NCBI GenBank assembly: GCA_051294905.1
Contig: CM119373.1
Location: 1,304,001-1,368,000 of the forward strand
Direction of reading: 5' to 3'
Length of the DNA stretch: 64,000 nucleotides
Source: Botryllus schlosseri
Lineage: Eukaryota
A program made the position numbers and the translations under genes. This document shows, piece by piece, positions 12,201 through 23,766 of the stretch. The first letter of the stretch is position 1, and every line of letters begins with the position of its first letter. A model generated the notes under the pieces. That model ran no database searches and had not been told where the DNA came from. It saw nothing but the letters and a program-made list of their open reading frames with translations.

Positions 12201-12892
12201 GAATGAACGATTTTCTAACGAAGAAAGGTGTTGCAACAAGTCAATCAACCCCTTATCACCCCACTGGCAACTCCCAATGTGAGAGAACCAACCAAACTGT
12301 TTGGAGAACAGTTAAACTACTGCTTGCCCAATACCAAATGCCACTGTCCTCATGGGAGGAGGTACTCTCAGACGCATTACATTGTATCAGGTCGCTTCTG
12401 TGCACGGCTACAAATTGTACACCTCACGATCGATTTTTCTCTTTTCAAAGACGATCAATGAATGGCTCTTCATTACCCGATTGGCTTTTCAAGTCGGGCA
12501 CTGTTCTACTGCGTAAGTTCGTCCGCGATAAGAGTGACCCTTTATGCGATAAAGTGTATTTGCTCGATGCTAATCCAAAATACTCTTTGATTCGCTATCC
12601 AGATGGCAGAGAGTCGACCGTCTCCACTACAGACCTTGCTCCTTATCCGCGTATGACCAATGTCACCGAATCCTTGCCACAAGAAAAGAAATCTCTTCCT
12701 TCTCGATCGGACTTGGATATGCCCTCCAGCGAAATCGAAGAAGAAAAGGTTACTCAGGCCGACGAATTCTGTAGTGAGGACGCTACCATCCCTGCTGAAA
12801 CCGCTGACAATGCTCAAAGCAGTTCGACTCCGAGACGCTCTTCACGGACAAGAAGAGCTCCTGATAGATATGGGGATTTCGTTTCCCATTAG
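9263..12892 (+). CDS. Gag-Pol polyprotein (Gag, two Zn knuckles, protease, RT, RNase H, integrase), 1209 aa
   Basis: CTFCGGTH..C and CYKCGRLGHFRKFC knuckles; LDSGA protease; LPFG and YLDD RT; ECDAS RNase H; H..H..CxxC plus D..D..E integrase, in Gypsy domain order. Confidence 0.97.
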   Translation: MSVDGGAENRRCPILIRVPTLEVLPNAPAVQKSFCHWERQLESYIAAASFADATVDKLALLCGFISADVYALIEEKQSYDEALKLLQDLYKPKKNVIFSRHLLSSRAQDTSETVQEFHQSLSALAKDCDFKSVTADQYRQESIRDAFIRGLKSSHIRTRLLECEELPLQKAIITAISLEKAQEFSISYKVNDIDARFVASTSNDPSRPARDAPDPQLNTVSAISRVSEVKSIKECTFCGGTHVAKRDQCPASMVECYKCGRLGHFRKFCKSKSKYLAAAPKCLKDSTIPLTTAQQIFDAMLDSGAAECFIKLDIAIKLGLFPQGPTYSIKLASNKCATDVLGHVTVVFIVASREYTHQFGIIDDLCADFVLGLDFMRLHKKVIFEFKDGKNEPFTVGVNSHLALVTSIVDEPLRIFQFLTPDCKPIAAPSRRYSKEDNEFIKGEVQKLLSDGIIEPSHSPWRARPLVTRDARHKRRLVIDYSVSINRYTNLDAYPLPRIEDVINEVSKGKYYSAVDLKSAYHQVPLHPDDRPFTAFAACGSLYQFCRLPFGVTNGVAAYQRYIDSFISKHQLQGVVAYLDDITIYGATKEEHDIRLKAFLDSATACHLTINTEKSSFGIEEIQLLGHKISHGNISPDPDHMKPLLEMAAPTDSKGLKRICGMFSYYSKWIHNFSAKIRPLIRSSNFPLGPDAIAAFHQLKKEIMDSCLGCIYEDQPFTVECDASNCAIAAVLNQCDRPVAFFSRTLTKTESNYPAIEKEALAIIESVRKWNYLLANHKFLLVTDQRALSYIFQKKHHSKIKNTKLALWRLELSSFNYDISHRAGIENVAADTLSRICSVTGSGQNLNEIHAQLGHPGVSRLAHFVKSKNLPYSTEDVKRICSSCRVCAELKPRFYKGDSHQLIKAIYPWQRISIDFKGPVPGKRKFILIIVDEYSRFPFAFPCYNMTSETVIECLMTLFTLVGLPEYVHSDRSMSFMSKRMNDFLTKKGVATSQSTPYHPTGNSQCERTNQTVWRTVKLLLAQYQMPLSSWEEVLSDALHCIRSLLCTATNCTPHDRFFSFQRRSMNGSSLPDWLFKSGTVLLRKFVRDKSDPLCDKVYLLDANPKYSLIRYPDGRESTVSTTDLAPYPRMTNVTESLPQEKKSLPSRSDLDMPSSEIEEEKVTQADEFCSEDATIPAETADNAQSSSTPRRSSRTRRAPDRYGDFVSH

Positions 12893-12953
12893 ATAAATTT
12901 TGTTTGAAATGGTTATTTTCAGCGCTAATGTCTGTTTTATTGGTCGGGGAGAT

Positions 12954-13111
12954 TGTGGTGATCGCTATCGTCTCATTTCGGTTTTGTTATTATTACTTAA
13001 TTGGTTGATTATGTACTCTAGTCTTAGGTATAAAACCATTGCGTTTCTATTCATTGTTTGTCTTAGTTAATAAAAGCCTTGGATGTAAAGAGGTGTATTC
13101 GATTCACAACA
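12954..13111 (+). repeat. 3' LTR
   Basis: Identical to the 5' LTR; preceded by the PPT and followed by TSD CCAAC. Confidence 0.97.
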
Positions 13112-15639
13112 CCAACTATTTACCATTAACCGATATCTGCGCGCGAATAATTGAACACGCAGCTTCGTCGGCGACGACGAACTAGTGCTTGAAACGCCCC
13201 AATAAATTGTGATCCGTGATTACTGATTGATTAGTAATCAGACAGTCGAAGCAACCTCGCTTACGACGACGATTTCGACACGCTTGCGCTGAGAAACACC
13301 ATCTTCTCTCTCGACCAGACGAGCGAATTCACGTTCTCGTATGTGTATTTGCTTGCGCCCATATTCGTTTACAAAATAATTCCTGAGTTAGTTCCGTGAT
13401 ATTCTCTTTAATTGGAGGTTTGGAGCGCGAAATAGGACAGTGTGTTTGTGTAGCCTATGCCTGCGAATGAAAGTCATATTCATTACTCTAACTTGGCTTT
13501 GCCAACTTTTATCGGGAAATGCAACAATGCAGCTCAAACGTCGTTATAATGAGCAAACAATTGTGGCGATGTCAGACTCGGACCCCATTGTGCTGTACGC
13601 AAATTGAGGAATTACTGATTAGATGCGCGCTTTCTCGTTCCCTATCATCTGTAGGCTACTAATTCTTGTCTGCTATATACACTCGTATTCCCTAGGTGTC
13701 CCTTATCAGCGTTTGAGTTGTTATTAATACCTCGCATTGTGCACTATAATACCTCGCATTGTGCAGTGCACAGAGTTGAATTACGTTGTCAAATATTGAT
13801 GCAACACGATATTCTCGGTAGCACAAATTATGAATTTATTCGAGTAGTTTGAACGGAAACCTTCGATGTTCCAATACACTTCATTGCTGGACGGACTCTG
13901 TCGAGCGCAACCATATCGCGGATATAATTTCAAACCTTAGGGATATGTATTTCCAGTGATAAGGTCGCGCCATGCGCCCATATCGCTCTTACTGCAATAA
14001 CACGTGGATAATTGAAAGCGCACCATTTTACGATCAAATTCGACTGGCTGACCGGGGCCTACGTAGGCCGTATAGGCCCCGGGCTGATATTAACCAGCGC
14101 GTTGTCGGCATTAAAACCCCAGATGCGTAGCCAAGGAGTTTCTCATTTATAACTAGAAATCCCGTTCTTTCGAAATGCCAATTCACTAATTCGTATTATC
14201 GATGCTGCGTACTGCAAATTGGCTAGAAGCATTTGTATGCGAAATGGGTCATTCGATATCTCATGTGCACTATCGTCGGTATTTTGATTTAGCACGTCCG
14301 CAAAAACACTTTCGCCAGACAGGAACGATCTCCGAGTGTAATATTGTTTGTGTTTATGTATCTTTTTAATTAAAACTTGTGCCCGCGCCCGAGCAAATTG
14401 GGCTCGTTGCCATTGCCGAATCTGGGTATTTGGGTATGATTAGCGCACCCTGAAATTGTAATTATTGCAGGTTTGCGGCATGTCTGCAATTTCGTTATCA
14501 GCGCAACCTTGCCGGCCGATTGTACATTCCGATAAAATTGATCAATACTATGTATTTCGCACACCGAACTGATGCCTAACGATCTTTATTAGATGTACAA
14601 ATTCTACCTCATCGTTAGAAACCTAGATTCCATCGCGTGCTCTGAGAAACACCATCTCCTATCGCGATTCAACGACCAAATATACTTTCACATTATACAA
14701 ATTAAAGTACATTAATTGCATCGATGAGGGCCGCAAGCCGCGTTTAAAATATTTTGTGAACCATTCTTGTGATAAATATTTTCGGAGCGCAAAGTTGAAC
14801 AGTGTTTTATTGTGTGTGCCTGCTAGTTTAAATTTATTCCAGTGCCCATAATATTCATCCAATTATGCTTTGCGGACGTAAATCGGAAAATGTAGCAATG
14901 CAGTCCAAATCGATGTTTTAATCAGCAATCAATTGTCGCGATGCGAGTTACTCAATACTAAGTAAAAACCTACTGTGTTGGCGGTAAGGGATAATTACTG
15001 ATTGACCGTGCGCGTTTGTAATCATAATTCTTGTCTGTCCTTCGTGTTCCAGAATTGTCGTGCCGTGTTACTATTCAGTTCTCGATCCAGCGACGAATGC
15101 CGAGTGCGCCGCAATCAATGACCTAATTTCGCAATAGCCTCAGCGGGAGATCGCGTCGCGCTGCATTGTGCGATGCGATATGCGTGCACAAACGAATCTC
15201 GCTAATTGGTCGCGGTCCCACGTAACACTGATAACACAACTTGTTGAATTGCAACTGACTAGTGGTGCCAGAATGGTCATTTCAAAAGGTCGGGGTTTTG
15301 CGTTTCAAAAGGAGGGGGTTCAACACCCCCTGGCCACGCGCCAGCCGCCACCCCAAGCAAAAATAAAAGTCGCCGCCTATGGCTGTAGCTGTCTGGTATT
15401 TAACTGAGAGGCTGTCCTGGTGTTGCGGTCGTGATATTCTAATTTGCCTAGTTCCTTTGCATCGGGTAGCATACGACCTTTTGCGCCAGCTTATTCAAAT
15501 CAGGTAGCTGGAGGTAGCTACGGCAAGCTGCACAGTTCAAACAACTGCAAACTCTGATCTCAATGTAAAGCCTCATCATCCAACTAACTAACTTGATTCA
15601 ATGTGACTATCCGTATGTCATTCACCAGGTTGAACCCAG

Positions 15640-16490
15640 TGATCAAATTGTCCCATTAAAGCTGGGTCTCCAAGTGAATTTGATACATTCAAGGAATGGT
15701 CAATGCTACTTTGAATCTGTCAACCATGGACGCAAAAGCAGAAGTTGATACACCTTTTGCAATGTTCCCGTGGTATTGCCAATACTTCTCTTACAGCTTG
15801 TGAAGATATGGAAAACTGCTTTGACGAAGCTCTCGCGGTATTGAGAGACAATTTTGGTCAACCGCTCCAAATAAGTTACCGCTACATAAACACTGTTATA
15901 AATGGCTCGAAACTCGTAAAAGGTGGGTTACAACGATTATCTGATGTCATTTCATGCACCGTTAACCGCTTGCACCAATAAGTTAACCAAATTTGGATGA
16001 ATTCGTGATGTTTCATGCTCTATATGGTTGAACAAATTGCCGAGAGACTTCCTACTTCTTGGCAGCCTGGTTGGAGAACCTTAGTGGCGGAGGTCACTTT
16101 TGACCTGAAAACTGAATTGACTGTTCAGCATGTGAACGACTATATTCGCCAGAAAATTGGAGAAATCATCAGTAAATTTACAAAACCCAGTCATGAAATA
16201 TCCAAGAAGCAAGGTACGGGGTTATTCAAAACTGACAAGCCTAAGGCACCATTCAGCACACAAGTCGTAACTCCAACATTGGAACTTTGAACATTGCAAC
16301 TTTGCTTCATGAGGCAATGTACCCAGTTCCGCAAAATGCAGTTTCCTGATCGCGTTGATCTCGTTAAAACCAGAGGGCTCTGCTTCAAGTGTCTGACGTC
16401 AGGACACCTTGGAAAAAGCATGCAAACGCATTCAAGCCTGTATAAGACCTGGTTGCAAATGTAATCATGCAACAATTCTTCACTCACCTG
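15640..16490 (+). pseudogene. BEL/Pao LTR retrotransposon gag relic
   Basis: FDEALAVLRDNFGQP, IAERLP and RVDLVKTRGLCFKCLTSGH...C...C...HATILH motifs, with frameshifts. Confidence 0.8.
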
Positions 16491-16539
16491 AAGAAAAGAT
16501 AAATGAGACCTGAAGAAAAGATAAATGAGGTTGCTAACA

Positions 16540-18420
16540 AAACCTTGAATTCAGCAAATTGAAGACCAAGGCAAGATACCATCAATATGAAATATTACAT
16601 AATTACATTTAATTAAATAAACTAAAATTAATCTGGATACCAGACTGAATATATTTTCAAGTGCATCTTGTGTCAACCGCCAAGACATGACAAAATGAAG
16701 GATGCCTCTTGCACACAGTCGGTCATGCATTGAAAGTATGCTTGCCGTTGAGAGTCTAATCCCGGTCTGAATTGGTTTCCATGCATCATTGGGAAACTTC
16801 ATCAATTCGACGAACTTCATCATCTGCAAAATGCTCAAGGTGATAAATAGTATAACGAAGCACAAGATAACTAGCGAATTTGGCTCTTTAAGAAAAGCAG
16901 GCTTTTGGGCTGCATTGGCAAATAATGGCGCCCTGCCTTCACAGCATCAAACCAATTGTTAAAATACTGGCAGAAAAATGCGGTGGTCAAGGCTTCCTTT
17001 AGCATTTACCATTGTCCGAATACCAGATGATTTTCCATGGTTGAGAACCTTTCAAAGTACGACCGTGCAGCATAAAAAATGCATTGTCTGTGCAGCAGTT
17101 CTTACACACTTCTTCGGGTATTATGAACGCGGAATATGCTTCCGGGATAAATTAGGAGCAATTTTCAGCTGCTTTCATCCTGGAACTTCATAAATTCTTT
17201 CACATCTGATGAGCATATCTGCTCAATTGAATAATAAAAATACCACAGCAACGACTTGTGTCTCAATGAAGTTATCTTATTTGACTCAAAGTGATACTTT
17301 TCCATAGCAAATTGTGGTATTGTAATGTTATGCTTCAAAAAGGCCGACCTCAGAAAAGAAGGGATGCTGTATTTCACATTTCAGTTCCAATCTACAAATA
17401 GAATTAGATGATCCGATTATCTGAGATTTTCAACAAACTCACACTTTATCACAGTCTATATACTATTTGAGTCTGCCGAGTCGCGTTGCTGTCGTAGTTC
17501 AGGGTCAATATGTCCTACAAATCTTTTGATGGATGGATTGAACTTGGGAAATCTGCATTTCATCGAGCATCAGACTACAGATCTTTTCCTCATCGGTGCA
17601 GTTTTTCATCACCTGGCCCATCCATTCATTGATTCAAAATGTTATATACCAGAAGATAATGGAAGTTTAGTCACTCTGTGACAGAGTGTAGACTTGCATG
17701 GAAGGGGATAGTAAATTTTCCGCAGAAATTCATAACTGAAACAAATTCTCCTAAATTAGCTTCACTAAATATGAACATGATTATTACCCATGCGAACCAA
17801 CATCACATTTATTCTTTAGAGCTTTAGTCACAGTGTCATCACTCCAGTTTAGCCCTTGACCTATAGAACGACTTGCCAGTAATTTCAATTAGTCAGGGTT
17901 GAGGAATGACGCCACCGAGCCATTGATTTTGGCAATACTGGACTCGAATACTTTTATCTGAATAAAATACACCAGACTAGTTAGTAGATATATTTATACA
18001 TCAATCTATATGTCCTATGGCCACGTAGGCTCCTTTAAAACTATACCATACCTTTGATCTCAGTCGGCGGTTTTCAAGAATGAGTGTGGCATCTCTCACA
18101 TTGCGGTAAGATTCATCGTATGAATCAAGATTGAGAAATACGGCTTCGGGAGCAGAGTAAGGGGGCTCTTCAATGGTTTCTGAAAGAAATACTGTAATTG
18201 CTTCCCTTGCATGAATGACAAAATGAACTTTTTTCACGTTGTGCTACAACTGGCACATTAGCTGCGCTATTACAGGTGATCGCCATTTTCCCACTATCAT
18301 CAATTCGTTTCGGACGATTAGGTATGTCGAAAACTGTAGTAGTAGGAATTGCAGTCCGTATCAATATTTTCTGGTTGTATGATGTCGAGGCCTGTTTATT
18401 TTGGATTTTTACCAAAAGAA
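16540..18420 (-). pseudogene. P-element/THAP9-like transposase pseudogene (intron-containing)
   Basis: AIPTTTVF (THAP end), WSDDTVTKAL, YPLPCKSTL, LMLDEMQIS (first catalytic D) and WKPIQTGI...RLTQDALENIFS; many stops and frameshifts. Confidence 0.8.
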
Positions 18421-19424
18421 CAAAAATACCTTAGTTTTATATGTTTTCAAATTATATTTTTTAGAATCTTCAAAAATAAGAAATGAAGGTGCTTTTAGCC
18501 CTAAAACTACTGGAAGACGTCACCGAAAGTGTGTTATTATCATGTTTCCATGTCCTGTAACACATCGCCATCATGTCCTGTAACACATCGCCATCATCTG
18601 CGATCTTGATCCAACTTTTCAATACTTTCGTCATAAAGTCTTTGGCCTGGAAAATGCCCCCCCCCCCAGAAAAATCAGTGAGAGACGCCGGGCGATACCC
18701 ATCTCGTATTTGATTTTCGAGAAATCGGCCACGACAATCGCAGTTGTTGGAAACATCGGGCCTATATGGGCCCGGAGAACTGCCGGATGGCTTCGAACTC
18801 TCATCAATCTTCCAGTCTCTTTGCTCCTGACAAGCGCTCGCAAATAAAGAGTCCGAAAGTGACGTCCATTTGGTATCAGAGCGGCAAGGATTGGAATTGG
18901 TCTTCGATATTATGTATATGCTGGGGTGTCCACTTGTTCGACAGCCGACTCTGGTGTTTGTCGACCAATTCACTGAGCTGTAAATAAATAGTATATATAT
19001 ATATATATATGTATCACTATTGTTTATATTATTAGAATCTAAAAGAGGAAGTCGTGTTTGTTGTGTCCTCTCCCCTAGTGCCCACGAAGTTGGATTACTT
19101 TGATCCACTTGGTGTGGTAGATAGAGCGGGTCCCTTTCATTGTCGGGAACATATATTTTCCTTATGACGTCGATGAGCCCTGCAATGAGGTTCCTGGCTG
19201 CCTCGAAGGTGGACTGCTTCTCCTATTCGTCGATGTTCCCTAGAAGGCCGAGGATTGCAAACCCTCTGACATTATCCCAGTCCCCAGCTGGGAACAGAGC
19301 TCGGAGGCGTTCGACCAGGCGATGGAGCTCATCCTGCTGCTCCACTATCAGTAGGACAAGTCCCTGAAGCTTCGTGACGGTTGTGCTCAGCTCTCCAGCT
19401 CTGTGACAATGCGATCACTTGGAA

Positions 19425-19533
19425 CCACCACCGCGACGAAGGTGCGCAGGCCGGACCTATCCCGTTCATAACCCCGAGCCACCACCGCGACGAAGGTGCA
19501 CAGGCCGGACCTATCCCGTTCATAACCCCGAGG
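19425..19533. repeat. 54-bp tandem duplication
   Basis: CCACCACCGCGACGAAGGTGC...CATAACCCCGAG occurs twice with one mismatch. Confidence 0.85.
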
Positions 19534-21154
19534 AGTGTGGTACGGTGTCCAGTCAACCAAGTGGTCAGTCAGCCAAATAATTTTAGCGTTTCGGAGACCC
19601 CTCCCTCACACACATGCAGTTTTAGTGTGTGTGTTTATGAGTTTCCGGGTTGTTTTAAAACACTGCTCTGACTCGTTCATTTCACGAAAGAACTTGAAAA
19701 AACATCTTATAAAATCTTATTTTTAGGGAATATTCAAAAATAAACAAGCCTGCTGATGTCTGTTTAAACTGACCTGACTGGAAGTGTTTCTAAATGCAAT
19801 AATTCGATTGGAAGCATTGATCTAAGCTTTCAACAAAACCACTAGTAGCACAAACTTCACATCATCCATATGCATCTGTTGGTTGCCACTTGTCTCGTCT
19901 CATATTAATTGCCCGCTTTTGACGACGTTGAGAAATCTTCGGGGGCCGAAAGAGGACAGAACGGGCACCCTCAGAGACTTTTCGCTTCTTCCCTGTGCTG
20001 CTACTACTACCAGTACTACGTGCTTCATTTTCCTGATCTATCATATAAAATCAACCGATTGAAAAAAAAAAAATCAATGATTAAATCCTGCCTCCCCACC
20101 GTTCACTGCCTCCTTTCCCACGTACTAGAGTGACAATGGACGATTCTCACTGCCTTAGCGCCGCCTAGGAAGGGATGGCGGTCGTAATTTTGCCTCCATA
20201 AAGGCTACCATTGTGTGCAGAAATATTGCAGTGCTTTTCCCTTTATTGCGTCTCGTTACTGTGAATGCATGAGTTGTTGGTTATTGCAACACCACTAATG
20301 CCTGATTTCATGTCATTGCTATGGAAATCCAGACCCTACTTCTTCATTATAGCTGTTTGAGAAGCTTTAGCGTGGGACTGTATTTTTTTTGCTTTAACTG
20401 AACTGCTGCTGACTTCTCTTCTGATGTCACTAGTAACAGTAAACAATTTACACAGCAATGTATGGAGCTTGTATTTTCTTAGTTGTTGACGGATCTACCA
20501 GAGTTCAGTTTTGCCGACGTAGACAGGATTGCCAGTGAATCGAGAGGTAATGGAAATAGCAAAGGCTGTAAATTATTCGCCGAATCTGACATATGAGATT
20601 TTAGAGGCATGTTGTAATTCATACTAGCAGAGGTCCTTGGTAGATTTATTCAAGCACTCAAATTATAGGCCCCTAACTGGCTTTGAGAATTAGACTTCGT
20701 GACTTTGCAAGTATCATCTGTGATCCTGATGAGTTTGAGCATGTCAGTATCAGCAGTGTTGTTGGGGTCAATGCTTCATATTGCATATTGTCAAAACAAA
20801 AAATTGTGCTGGCAACTAAAATCAAATAACTAGTCAACAAATTGTTTAGTAGCAAACAAATACGAAGCTTTACAATATGACTAAAAATTGCTGTCATTGC
20901 AATGTTCCCAGTTGCACTGCCTGACTTCCCCAGTTCGATGATTGTCAAGTGCACCATATACTGCTGCAGTATTTTATGTTCCAGGTGCAGATGTGCCTCA
21001 TCGACCAGCCACAACGACACGGACCATAGATGATCGACAAGGATATTTCGAAATCTGATGATAAAACTAGAACTGTTAAGGACACCTTGCCCATTTGCGG
21101 GATATGAAAGGGTCATGACCACCCAGAGATCTTTCATTTTACCTGAGTTTAGAC

Positions 21155-21878
21155 CAGGGCTGGCCAACCTTTTCAGCCAAAGGGCCACATTCGATTGACG
21201 AATTTTTGCGCGGGCCACTATCCGCGCGAAGCGCGAAAATTTTTTGAAGTTCATAGGTCAATAATATTGTCACTTGATTATATTGCGGGCCTGCTGTATA
21301 TCGCTGGGCCAAGTTTGCGAGGACTGGGCTATTCGGCGCATGGACATATCGATATCGAAAGCTGCGACCAACATGCGTCAATCATTTCGTGCCTAGGTTT
21401 CATAGTCGACGGTCTTACTGCCAGTGCAAACGCAAGGTCGCATATGTTGAACGACACTTTGTCACGTAATCGCTAATTTAGTTAGACTCAATCTGATACA
21501 TTATGTTTTCTTCAATTTTCACAAAAGGGCAACAATATTAAGAACAAGAAGTCGAGTGACAACATGTTGCGCTATGCTTGTAGAAAATTTTTACCTTTGA
21601 TAAATCTATCGCAAATTATACTGCTTTATTGTAGTGTACGAAGATATACCAATATATGAATGGTTGATGGATCTGTCAATGAGTCGAAACTGATATTTTA
21701 GTCATCACATCTCAAGTGTTGCGGCCAGACTAATAAAATTTTTGGTTGGCCTTGCAAGTTCACAATCTGTGCAATCCATTTTTGATGATATTAGAAATTT
21801 CGGAAATTACCTCGCGGGCCACTCAAAACCTTCTCGCGGGCCACATGTGGCCCGCGGGCCACGGGTTGGCCGGCCCTG
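21155..21878. mobile_element. hAT (Charlie-like) MITE
   Basis: TIR CAGGGCTGGCCAACC / GGTTGGCCGGCCCTG; perfect TSD GTTTAGAC; GCGGGCC subterminal repeats. Confidence 0.92.
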
Positions 21879-22891
21879 GTTTAGACTTTGTTCTCCACGG
21901 TGGAAAACAAGCCGCTCACTCCCAGTTGTGCACCGGGTAAGCTTTGTGCATAACTGGCTAGCTCCTAGCAAATGTCAGATAAATTTGTCAATATACAATA
22001 GCCAACAGAACTGATGAATGTTACCGCACTTGTTTTGTTTATTGAGCAGATAAAAAATGAAAGGATTAGCGATATAAAGCAGACTTGACTTTATGTAGCC
22101 ACTTTGGCCATGTGGCGCGATACCAATCAAGTATTATTAACATGTGCGCTACCATAATATCCTCATCTGAAGGATTGGGGCATATGTTCTCTAATTTTCT
22201 CTCTACTCACCCAAATTGTCAATTTCCCAAGAGTAAAATATGAAAAATCTGCCCAGCCAAGTTATCGATAACCCGCTAACAGATGCAGTTGACAAGTTGA
22301 ATCGAACACCAAGGTCTTTCACTCCCCAAAGCCTTGGTGAATCCGACAAACAAATGAAAACAGTTCTTCATGCAATGGCAGAGTTTTTGAATTTGCCATT
22401 GCTTGAAATTCTTCAATATACCACTTCTGAGATAATTTTGAACAGCTGATAAAAGTGGAACAGTTGCAGCTGTTGAGACTATATCAAAAACTTCAAAATC
22501 AATCCATAACATGAAAATCCAGAATAATACAGAAACATATATCATCGGATGCCTTGAATCGTGCACAAAATCAGCTACTCCAGCTCGTTACTCAAATCCT
22601 GCATTATTCCCTTGCTGTAGATGATTTTTCTTCACAATACGCGTGATCCAGCAATGGCTGTTGTAGATGTGGAATCTGATCAGTGCTACTTGGACCAAGA
22701 ATTTCTTTCGGAGTATGATGTCCACTGCAAATACAGTTGGATGCATTAATAACATGCCGACAGAAATGAAAACATTTATAGTTACGGACGTACGGTATAT
22801 TTACGATCAACTTACAATGGCAGTTATTCAAGTACATCTACGTTTTTCAGGTATAGAGTTCCTTTTACTAAATAGTTAGTGCTGTTGGTAT

Positions 22892-23766
22892 CAGACTTGG
22901 ACAACTAGAAAATTTTCAGCTTTTCCGAATTAGATTAGAATTAGAGCTCCACAGTTTTTTCAAACTAGATTAGAATTAGAATTAGAGCTACACAGCTTTT
23001 TTCAAATTAGATTAGAATTAGAATTAGAGCTACTAAGCTTTTTTCAAATTAGATTAGAATTAGAGGTACTAAGCTTTTTCCAGATTAGATTAGAATTAGA
23101 GATCTACTTAGTTCGCAAAAACTTGGAAATCGAATGAAATTGTATATGGGATTTGAATACAGCAAAATGCAGTTCACATCAAATCACAGTGCGTGGTGCA
23201 AAAGGCCGCGAGGCGATATGCGCCACATATTTTGTTTGATAAACAACAACAACAGTGCATTCCCATGAACATGAGAATGGTTAACTTCTGTACACCAAGC
23301 TTGGCTCGATTTTACCATACTTTAATAAAATATTACTTCTTTTATGGTAACCGTGGGCATCGCCCATGTTAGTCAGAATGGCGATGTACTAACGTAAAGT
23401 TTAGAAACTAGAATGTTGTTCGCAGACTACAAGCTACTCCAGCAGGCTATATTCGTCATAATATCTACTATGACTGCACGGTGTAAGTAAGGCGATGGCG
23501 GCTTGGCACTGGATTTCCCTGCGCAAGCGGAATATTATTTTTTATCTCACTTCAATAGTGCAATATGCCTCGGACAAAGAGGAATTTTCAGGAAACAATA
23601 ATTAGATTAGAACTAGAATTAGAGAATACGGACATTTCGCAAATTAGATTAGAATTAGAATTAGCGCATGGAAGCATTTCACAAATTAGATTAGAATTAG
23701 ATTACTGGCATTCCGCTCTAATTTAGTGAAATTAGACAACTAGAATTATCTAGTTGTCCAAGTCTG
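22892..23766. mobile_element. hAT MITE with subterminal (ATTAG/ATTAGA)n arrays
   Basis: TIR CAGACTTGGACAACTAGA / TCTAGTTGTCCAAGTCTG; perfect TSD GTTGGTAT. Confidence 0.92.

Larger units (their letters stand above)
9073..13111 (+). mobile_element. Intact Ty3/Gypsy LTR retrotransposon, 4,039 bp
   Basis: Identical 158-bp TG...CA LTRs (9073-9230, 12954-13111); 5-bp TSD CCAAC; PPT GGGGAGA 12946-12952; single Gag-Pol ORF. Confidence 0.98.
8911..15381. mobile_element. Non-autonomous hAT element (~2.4 kb without the nested Gypsy)
   Basis: TIR CATAGGCGCCGAGTT / AAGTCGCCGCCTATG; perfect 8-bp TSD GCTGTAGC (8903-8910, 15382-15389); GCCACCCC subterminal repeats. Confidence 0.9.

Noticed and set aside
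18470..19400. 212-aa minus ORF and neighbours as a host gene
   Set aside because: Crosses a (TA)n microsatellite and tandem duplications, shows no domain motifs, and is probably TE debris.
22925..23100. Interstitial telomeric repeats
   Set aside because: ATTAG/ATTAGA units are subterminal repeats of a MITE with TIRs and an 8-bp TSD; they are not TTAGG/TTAGGG.
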